Shown here piece after piece: positions 8,240 to 13,844 of a stretch of DNA of 14,683 nucleotides. Each line of letters opens with the position of its first letter. The stretch's first letter is position 1. Both the position numbers and the translations under genes were made by a program. Source of the stretch: a bacterium (lineage in GTDB: Bacteria; UBA10199; DSSB01); the NCBI GenBank assembly GCA_035281585.1, contig DATEDP010000055.1, positions 1-14,683 on the forward strand, read 5' to 3'. The notes under the pieces were generated by a model. The model did not search any database and had not been told where the DNA came from. It was given only the letters and a program-made list of their open reading frames with translations.

Positions 8240-8439
8240 TGCCGAGCAATCTCGCCATTGACGACAAACTACTCGACAAGGCCCTGAAGCTGGGGAATTT
8301 CAAATCCAAGCGCGAGACCGTCAACAAGGCCTTGGAATTTTTTATTCAGAGCCGACGGCGGAAGAAAATCCTCGATTATGTCGGGAAAATCGACTTCGAG
8401 CCTCAATACGACCATAAAAAGGAAAGACTGCGGCGTTGA
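8239..8439 (+). CDS. vapB: Type II antitoxin VapB (ribbon-helix-helix type), 66 aa.
   Basis: MPSNLAIDDKLLDKALKLGNFKSKRETVNKALEFFIQ matches the canonical VapB N-terminus (M.T.L.IDDeLl.eA..ltg.ktKreaV..ALre). Its stop overlaps the vapC TTG start (TTGA). The longer GTG-initiated version at 8185 adds a hydrophobic extension, MIASFLLENLCLLCKALH, encoded by the sequence that holds the operator palindrome, so it is unlikely to be real. Confidence 0.75.
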   Translation: MPSNLAIDDKLLDKALKLGNFKSKRETVNKALEFFIQSRRRKKILDYVGKIDFEPQYDHKKERLRR

Positions 8440-8840
8440 GCATCTTGGTCGACACCTCGGTCTGGTCTTTGATGCTGCGCCGAAAGAGCGCCGGCGATCA
8501 TCCGGCTTCCCTTTTTCTTCAGGCTTGCATTCGCGATCAAGCTTCCCTTTTTTTGACGGGCCTTGTCTTTCAAGAGATCCTTCAAGGAATTCGCTCTCGG
8601 AGCCAGTTTAAAAAAATACGAGGCTACTTGCTCGATTTCCCCTTCCTCGAAGCCACTCCCACGGTGCATGAAAAAGCCGCCGAAATTTTCAACCAATCTA
8701 AAAAATCGGGCTTCAATGCCTCCACTCTGGATTGCTTGATCGCTGCCGTCGCGATCCATCACCGTTGCCGGCTGTTGACCGCAGATAGCGACTTCAACGA
8801 GCTTTCCAAATATTCGTCCCTTGAGACGATCGACTATTAG
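8436..8840 (+). CDS. vapC: PIN-domain toxin VapC, 134 aa, with a TTG start.
   Basis: (M)SILVDTSVW...DCLIAAVAI...LLTADSDF carries the conserved PIN acidic residues (D6, D near 'TLDCLIAA', and D in 'TADSDF'). It overlaps vapB by 4 nt. Confidence 0.85.
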   Translation: MSILVDTSVWSLMLRRKSAGDHPASLFLQACIRDQASLFLTGLVFQEILQGIRSRSQFKKIRGYLLDFPFLEATPTVHEKAAEIFNQSKKSGFNASTLDCLIAAVAIHHRCRLLTADSDFNELSKYSSLETIDY

Positions 8841-10264
8841 GACACCAGCCGATCCAAGCTCTCCCGCACGTCGTAGGCCACCGCGATCTCGCCGCTGTCG
8901 GCGTTGCCTTCATAGAAGCCCTCGGCGTTTTCGCCCTCGCCCAGGAGGTCTTTCCGGCGCCGCCCATTGGTCAAGACCGGCGCCTGGCGCTTGAGCGCGA
9001 CTCGGCGGATCAGCTCCCAACGGGCCTCTTGGAACAGCTCATGGCGAGCTTCCCGCTCGGCGCCCTCGGCCATCCGATAACGCTCGAGGCTTTCCTCGAC
9101 CCGTTTCTGCAGGGCCTGGCGGCTGCCGTTGACGCCGTGGCCGCGGCTGCTCTTGACCGGCTCGGGAAAGCCGCCGGGCTGAGCATAGGTTTCCAGCAAG
9201 TCGATCACGACCTTCTTCACCCTTTGGGTTTTTCCGGCCAGCAAATATTGCAAGGTGCTGAGGCTGAAATGGAAGCCCTTGGCCCGCAGATCCTCCTGCA
9301 GCTTGAGCGCGACTTGGCGTCGAGTCAGGCCGGCATGAACGTCGAGCAGCGCTTGGACTTGAGCCGGCACGCCTTCGGCCGAGACATAGTGGCTCCAGTC
9401 GAGGCGCGAGGCATCGGACGGCTCGACCGCGGCGCCGGTGTCGAGGCCTTCGGACTCGAGTAGCTCCTTTAATGTTTCGACGATGACCTGGCGGGTCTTG
9501 CGGGTCTTGCCTTCCAAGACCGATTGGATCGAGCTCAGGTGGTAGACATAGCCCTTCTTCTCCAGTCGGTCGCGGACTTGGAGCGCCAACTGGCGTCGCG
9601 AGAGTCCGGGATGCTTCAGGAGATAGGCGTCGGCCCATTGGGAGAGATCGCCGACTTCCACCTTGCGAACTTCGCCGCGGCCCGCGGCCTCGGTTTCGTT
9701 CAAATAGGCTTCGACTTCGGCCCGGCCGGCAAAGCCCTCGGTCCGGAAGTAATCGAGCAGCTCTTCCTCGAGGACCTTTCGCACTTTCTGAGTCTTGTTC
9801 GAGAGAGCGGCTTGGAGCGTTTCCAAACCGATCGAGATCCCTCGCTTTTCAAGGCTCCGGCTCAAGCTCAGCGCCAGCTTGCGCCGGCTCAGTCCCTTAT
9901 GGCGATAGAGATAAGCGTCGGCCATCTGGGTCAAGAACTTGGGCGAGACGTAGAGCGAATCGTCCGGGGAGTTTTCCAGCGCCGTCTTGGTTTGAGCGAA
10001 GCTATCGAGCAATTTTTTCTGGCCCGCGATCGGCTTGGCCTTGAGGTGTTCGAGGAAGGCCTCTTCCAGCTTGCCGGGAATGTATTCGATGCTGCCGAGC
10101 AGCTGCCTTTTCAAGGTCCGGGGATGATAGTGGAAGCCTTCTTTTTGCAGCGCCTGGCCAAGCTCCCGAATCCACTCCGGTTGCCGCGGAGCCGCCGGTA
10201 GCTTGAGTAAGCCCTTGTACAGATCCTGGAGGGGCCGTCCGTAAACCTTTTCGCGATTTTCCAT
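8837..10264 (-). CDS. Hypothetical protein, 475 aa, with four tandem ~66 aa repeats. Each repeat resembles a Cro/C1 (XRE)-type helix-turn-helix unit. It is a putative multi-HTH DNA-binding protein.
   Basis: Complete ORF with a GAGGG Shine-Dalgarno upstream of ATG 10264. The repeats are (W/M)ADAYL.(K/R)H.GLSRR(Q/K)LAL.....LEKKG....LS.(I/L)Q..L.GKT.K.R.V....L.E.L, starting near residues 20, 113, 210 and 295. The helix / G-turn / 'S.S.(I/L)Q..L.GKT' pattern is HTH-like. It runs convergent with vapC, with stops overlapping by 4 bp. Confidence 0.72.
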   Translation of the reverse strand: MENREKVYGRPLQDLYKGLLKLPAAPRQPEWIRELGQALQKEGFHYHPRTLKRQLLGSIEYIPGKLEEAFLEHLKAKPIAGQKKLLDSFAQTKTALENSPDDSLYVSPKFLTQMADAYLYRHKGLSRRKLALSLSRSLEKRGISIGLETLQAALSNKTQKVRKVLEEELLDYFRTEGFAGRAEVEAYLNETEAAGRGEVRKVEVGDLSQWADAYLLKHPGLSRRQLALQVRDRLEKKGYVYHLSSIQSVLEGKTRKTRQVIVETLKELLESEGLDTGAAVEPSDASRLDWSHYVSAEGVPAQVQALLDVHAGLTRRQVALKLQEDLRAKGFHFSLSTLQYLLAGKTQRVKKVVIDLLETYAQPGGFPEPVKSSRGHGVNGSRQALQKRVEESLERYRMAEGAEREARHELFQEARWELIRRVALKRQAPVLTNGRRRKDLLGEGENAEGFYEGNADSGEIAVAYDVRESLDRLVS

Positions 10265-10379
10265 AACACCCTCTCAAATAATACATATTGCTAAGTAATA
10301 ATAATTCTTATCTAGTAACAAAGTTCAACGAGGTGTGTCAAGGTAGGGGCCTGAATTATCGAGAAATTTTTGCAGCTGA

Positions 10380-10418
10380 TTGACGATAAACTCTTGAATT
10401 CTCTATGATGAAATCATA
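10380..10418 (+). promoter_or_regulatory. Putative promoter of the Fur-family gene (TTGACG -35 at 10380-10385, 18-nt spacer, TATGAT -10 at 10404-10409). A Fur-box-like palindrome ATGATgaaATCAT (10406-10418) overlaps the -10.
   Basis: Sigma-70-like hexamers and the dyad symmetry are seen directly in the ~185-bp AT-rich divergent intergenic region 10265-10448. Resemblance to the Fur/PerR 7-1-7 box TGATAATnATTATCA is only partial. Confidence 0.4.
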
Positions 10419-10448
10419 AAGAAGCGCGCATATTAAGGCGTTTATCCT

Positions 10449-10910
10449 ATGAAAATGTCCCTTCTCGAAGAGAAATTGAGGCAAAAGTGCCTCAAAATCA
10501 CCCCCCAACGCCTTGAAATCCTTCGCGCCATCCAGCAGCACCAATGCGATCACCCCTCCGCCGAGCTCATCTATCAAACCGTTAAAAAGCGTTATCCGGC
10601 CGTTTCCTTGGCCACGGTCTATAAGACCCTCGAAACCTTGGTCGAAACCGGCGAGATCCGGGTGGCCATCGTCATCCAAGGCCGAACCCGCTACGACACC
10701 CGGATGGACCGCCACCATCATTTTCTCTGCTCGGTCTGCGGCCACGTGCAGGATATCGAGATGAAGCTCGATTGCCTCAATAGCTGCATGCCCGACGCGA
10801 TGGAGGGCAAGGGCCGGGTCCTGCGCAGCGAAGTGATCTTCCACGGCGTTTGTAGCGCCTGCGACGCTAGCAACGGCTCGGCGCCGTCAAGCTCCTGCCT
10901 GTCCTCATGA
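10449..10910 (+). CDS. Fur-family metalloregulator (Fur/Zur/PerR subfamily not assignable), 153 aa.
   Basis: [11 protein letters not shown]...SAELIY...[17 protein letters not shown] (winged-helix DNA-binding domain) and [12 protein letters not shown]...HGVCSACD (metal sites), as in Fur proteins. Confidence 0.9.
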   Translation: MKMSLLEEKLRQKCLKITPQRLEILRAIQQHQCDHPSAELIYQTVKKRYPAVSLATVYKTLETLVETGEIRVAIVIQGRTRYDTRMDRHHHFLCSVCGHVQDIEMKLDCLNSCMPDAMEGKGRVLRSEVIFHGVCSACDASNGSAPSSSCLSS

Positions 10911-11122
10911 GCCTTCCCTTCCAAGTCAAATGTCCCCAATGCCATCAGCTGGCGAACTACGAGGGCAACCCCTTTCGCCCCTTTTGCAGCGAGCGTTGCC
11001 GCAGGATCGACCTCGGCGTTTGGGCCTCCGAGGGTTATGTCATCTCCGGCAAGGGTCAGGAGGTGGAGGAAAGCAATGTTTCGAGCAAAGATTCCTCCGA
11101 TGAGCCTCCGACTAAAATTTAG
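10907..11122 (+). CDS. yacG: YacG-like zinc-ribbon protein (DNA gyrase inhibitor family), 71 aa.
   Basis: [36 protein letters not shown] matches the YacG signature (C-P-x-C ... PFCS.RC..IDLG.WA.E). Its ATG overlaps the fur stop (ATGA). Confidence 0.85.
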   Translation: MSLPFQVKCPQCHQLANYEGNPFRPFCSERCRRIDLGVWASEGYVISGKGQEVEESNVSSKDSSDEPPTKI

Positions 11123-11181
11123 TGTGCAGCCTTAGCCTTTTCGGCTAAAAAAGCTGCGGCTCGAAATCCGGAGGTCCATTC

Positions 11182-12288
11182 ATGCGGCACCCTGCTCATA
11201 CTTTGCTCAAGGTCTCTTTTTTGGCTTTGGTCCTGACGACCGTCGGCTGCGATGTCGGGGCGATCAAGCAAAAGATCGAAGCTTTCAAGAATCGTGGCAA
11301 GAAGCCGGCGCCGGTCGTCGCGCCGACTCCTCCGGTGCCCCCGACTCCACCCACGCCGCCGGCCCCGCCGGTCGCGCCTCCGGCCACTCCGGCCGAGACC
11401 CAGCCGACCGCGCCCGAAACCGCGCCCTCGACGCCCACCGGCCCTGGCGACGACGCCAGCCTGATCGAAAAGATCAACGGCTACATCGCCTGCTCCAACC
11501 GCACGGTTTCGCGGACCCTCGACAGCCGGTCCCGTTATCTCTCTTGGGTCAGCGAGCAGGCCGGCCCGACCTGCACCGAGCGCTATATTTCTTACGGCCT
11601 CTATACTTTGTATGAAGACGGAGTGCCGAAGTGCAACGAAGCGGTGACTCGGGGCAAGGCTACGCCGCCTTCGATGCCCAAGCTCGAGCAGGCCGCCGCC
11701 GACATGGCCGCGGCTTACGCCGAGCTGGTTCCGCTCACCCAGAAGGCCGAGGACTATTACCAGCAGCAGGATTACAAGGACGATAACTGCGCCAAGGCCA
11801 AGGCCATGCATCCCCAGCTGATGGCGGCTTTCAACAAGTTCATGGCGGCCGAGAAGATCGTGGCCGGCGAGCTCGACGGTCTCAAGGCCGAGCTCGACGT
11901 CAAGCAGCTGGCCCGGATCGAGGCCGAGCAGGGCAAGAAGCTGCAGTGGTACACCCAGAACTTCATGATGAACACCCGGAACCTGGTGCGCTCGGTGCCC
12001 AAGGAGAACGCCGTCAGCTTCGACTCGGCGGCCTATCTCGCGGCTTTCAACTCGCTCCAGCCGGCCTATGACCAATTGATCGAGTACTCGGCGGCCCATC
12101 CCGACGAGGCCAGCGGAGCTTTTTGGTACAGCGCCTTCGAGAGCTCGGCCAAAAACTTCTACACCAAGGCCAAGTTCCTCAAGCGCGACGTCGCCGAAGG
12201 CAAGAAGCCCGACGCCCGGGCCTTGAACGAGCTCATCGACGAGTACAACCGGGTCGTCGGCGACGCCAATAATCTGCGCTTCAAGTGA
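11182..12288 (+). CDS. Hypothetical lipoprotein, 368 aa, with a ~50 aa Pro/Thr/Ala-rich linker followed by a helical domain.
   Basis: GGAGG Shine-Dalgarno 7 nt upstream. Signal MRHPAHTLLKVSFLALVLTTVGC (lipobox-like TVGC), then a linker PAPVVAPTPPVPPTPPTPPAPPVAPPATPAETQPTAPETAPSTPTGPG. The antisense 396 aa ORF 11119..12309 is Arg/Gly-rich (the mirror image of the Pro-rich linker), so it is an artefact. Confidence 0.78.
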   Translation: MRHPAHTLLKVSFLALVLTTVGCDVGAIKQKIEAFKNRGKKPAPVVAPTPPVPPTPPTPPAPPVAPPATPAETQPTAPETAPSTPTGPGDDASLIEKINGYIACSNRTVSRTLDSRSRYLSWVSEQAGPTCTERYISYGLYTLYEDGVPKCNEAVTRGKATPPSMPKLEQAAADMAAAYAELVPLTQKAEDYYQQQDYKDDNCAKAKAMHPQLMAAFNKFMAAEKIVAGELDGLKAELDVKQLARIEAEQGKKLQWYTQNFMMNTRNLVRSVPKENAVSFDSAAYLAAFNSLQPAYDQLIEYSAAHPDEASGAFWYSAFESSAKNFYTKAKFLKRDVAEGKKPDARALNELIDEYNRVVGDANNLRFK

Positions 12289-12303
12289 CGCGCGCGAAGT
12301 GCG

Positions 12304-12452
12304 CGTCATCCTGAGCGAAGGATCTGCGACCTACCAAGACTCTTTGAAAGTTCTAAGTCCCTTCGTGTCTTCAGAGGGATTCCGTGGAAACGAAGGGACT
12401 TTGGCTTTAGACAGTTCCTTGGTCAGTCGCAGATCCTTCGCTCAGGATGACG
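12304..12452. repeat. ~150 bp long-hairpin element. The outer arms are a perfect 27-bp inverted repeat (12304-12330 / 12426-12452). There is an inner 11-bp perfect stem (12355-12365 / 12391-12401) and further imperfect pairing between them. It may be MITE-like or a structured RNA.
   Basis: Arm A CGTCATCCTGAGCGAAGGATCTGCGAC is the exact reverse complement of arm B GTCGCAGATCCTTCGCTCAGGATGACG. Inner stem: AAGTCCCTTCG / CGAAGGGACTT. A separate 7-bp GC hairpin GACGCGC / GCGCGTC (12287-12307) sits right after the upstream stop codon. Confidence 0.8.
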
Positions 12453-12596
12453 ACGCAGGACGACAATCCCGCGCAACCTTTGAGCTTTCCAGCCGAACAG
12501 GCCTTGAATTCCCAAGCAGGACCGGTGGGGGCACAATCGGGTCACCCCTTTTCCCACCTCCTAAAAATTTAAAGATTCCGAAGACTTGAGGGTCCT

Positions 12597-13844
12597 ATGA
12601 CGCCAGTGATTCCCGCGAAAGGCGCTCCTGCGCCGCTTCCTTCCTTGCCGCCGGCCTCGCCGAGCAAGCCATCCGATCCAGCCGCGCCCAGCGTGGGTTC
12701 ATCGAGTTACGTCGCCTTGAACGGCGGGAACGGCTCGGCTTTCAAGACCAAGGCCGATCTCCTGGCCGCGCTCAGCGACGCCCGGCTCTTCGGCTCGGCG
12801 CTGAAGGATTACGAGGCTGCAAAAGACGGCAAGTACCTCCGGGTCAATCTCGCCTTGGATGCCATTCGTTCGGCGATCTCCGGCGATGGAAAGAGCGCGG
12901 CCGCGGTCCAGCGGATCTCGATGTGGCTCAGCGACTCGACTCTGCTCCAGGATACGGCGGTCGCCCACGTCGCCCGAGTGAATTTGGTCAAGGCGCTCAA
13001 GCAGGCGCCCAAGGATCCGGCCATTGACGAAAGCGTGAAAGCCATTCTCGAGGCCCTCCAGAAGAATTACAGCAGTGCGAGCGCTCCGAAAGAGGCCGCT
13101 CCGGCCGAAGCTCCGAAAAGCCTGAGCGCCCAGCTCGAAGACGCCAACCTCTTCGGCGAGCACTTCAAGGCTTACAACGAGAAGCGCAGCAAGGAATACG
13201 CCGCGGTCACTTTGGCCCTCAATGAAATTCGCGGCATCGCCACCGGCAAAACCAAGGACACCGACATCGCCAAGCTCCGCATCGAGAAATGGCTCGGCGA
13301 TTCGACGCTCTTGGTCGATAAGGTGCCCACCCAGGCGCGAATCAATCTCATCAAAGCGCTCGGCGCGGCGACCTCGACGCCCGGGATCGCGGCCGTCCTC
13401 GCGGCGCTCAAGGCCGATTACAGCAAATCGGGCTCAAAGGCCGAAGCCGCTCCGCCGCCGGCCGAAGACAAGCCCAAGGTCGAGAAAAGCGGCTCGACCT
13501 ACCGCACCAGGCCCAAGGCCAAGCTGAAGGACAAGCGCGAGGACACGATCCAGACTTTTCAGAACAACATGAATCCGGTGATTCGGCGGGTTTTCGAGCG
13601 CTATCTCAAGAATGACGGCGGCGCGCTCACCACCGAGATGATGGTGACCGTGAATCAGGCCACCGGCGAGATCAGCGCCATCGACTTCAGCAACGTCAAG
13701 ACCTCGGCCGGCGAAGGCAATTTGCAGTCCTTCTTCGGCGAAGTGGCCAATGCCCTGCGGCGGAGCTTCCGCTTCAAGGAGAGTGCGCTGGACAACGCGG
13801 GCCTGAATTTCATCAAGGTTCCGATCAAGTTCGTCGTCCAATAA
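12597..13844 (+). CDS. Hypothetical protein, 415 aa. It has a Pro-rich N-terminus, two ~120 aa internal repeats, and a C-terminal ~90 aa region with a TonB-C-like pattern. No signal peptide or TM segment.
   Basis: Complete ORF with a GAGGG Shine-Dalgarno upstream. Repeat 1 (about residues 53-180) and repeat 2 (about residues 177-300) align (DARLFGSALKDYEAAK...RISMWLSDSTLLQDT...RVNLVKAL aligns with DANLFGEHFKAYNEKR...RIEKWLGDSTLLVDK...RINLIKAL). C-terminus: ...MMVTVNQATGEISAIDFSNVKTSAGEGNLQSFFGEVANALRRSFRFK...FIKVPIKFVV. The antisense ORFs are artefacts. Confidence 0.72.
   Translation: MTPVIPAKGAPAPLPSLPPASPSKPSDPAAPSVGSSSYVALNGGNGSAFKTKADLLAALSDARLFGSALKDYEAAKDGKYLRVNLALDAIRSAISGDGKSAAAVQRISMWLSDSTLLQDTAVAHVARVNLVKALKQAPKDPAIDESVKAILEALQKNYSSASAPKEAAPAEAPKSLSAQLEDANLFGEHFKAYNEKRSKEYAAVTLALNEIRGIATGKTKDTDIAKLRIEKWLGDSTLLVDKVPTQARINLIKALGAATSTPGIAAVLAALKADYSKSGSKAEAAPPPAEDKPKVEKSGSTYRTRPKAKLKDKREDTIQTFQNNMNPVIRRVFERYLKNDGGALTTEMMVTVNQATGEISAIDFSNVKTSAGEGNLQSFFGEVANALRRSFRFKESALDNAGLNFIKVPIKFVVQ

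Larger units (their letters stand above)
7355..8840 (+). other. AT-richer islet (~50% GC against ~62-65% in the flanks). It carries three plus-strand genes (orphan 241 aa ORF, vapB, vapC) and is probably horizontally acquired.
   Basis: There is a visible drop in G+C and a switch from G/C-ending codons to AAA/GAA/ATT/TTT-type codons across 7355-8840. Host-like composition resumes in the convergent gene starting at 8837. Confidence 0.55.

Noticed and set aside
8185-8439. Longer GTG-initiated VapB (84 aa) overlapping the stop of the orphan gene.
   Set aside because: The extra N-terminal 18 residues (MIASFLLENLCLLCKALH) are hydrophobic and unlike VapB. That DNA segment contains the -35-like hexamer and the perfect operator palindrome. 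The canonical VapB N-terminus begins at ATG 8239.
9029-10201. Plus-strand ORFs 9029..9463 and 9524..10201, antisense to the 475 aa repeat-protein gene.
   Set aside because: Antisense-type composition. The minus-strand frame carries the four-fold HTH-like repeat structure and an RBS.
11127-11148. Small hairpin TTAGCC-ttttc-GGCTAA after the yacG stop, as a possible terminator.
   Set aside because: The 6-bp stem is weak and is followed by an A-run rather than a T-run on the plus strand. It is too weak to call a terminator, and the downstream lipoprotein gene may be co-transcribed or have its own promoter.
11119-12309. 396 aa minus-strand ORF overlapping the 368 aa lipoprotein gene.
   Set aside because: It contains an RRGRGFGRGRLGLGRSGRRRDRRGRRRG stretch, which is simply the reverse complement of the Pro-rich linker. 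The plus-strand protein has a signal peptide, an RBS and diverse composition.
12299-12589. 96 aa ORF spanning the long inverted repeat.
   Set aside because: It is read straight through both arms of a perfect palindrome (hence the mirror-like VILSEGSAT...SLVSRRSFAQDDD). It has a GTG start with no RBS and is most likely non-coding.
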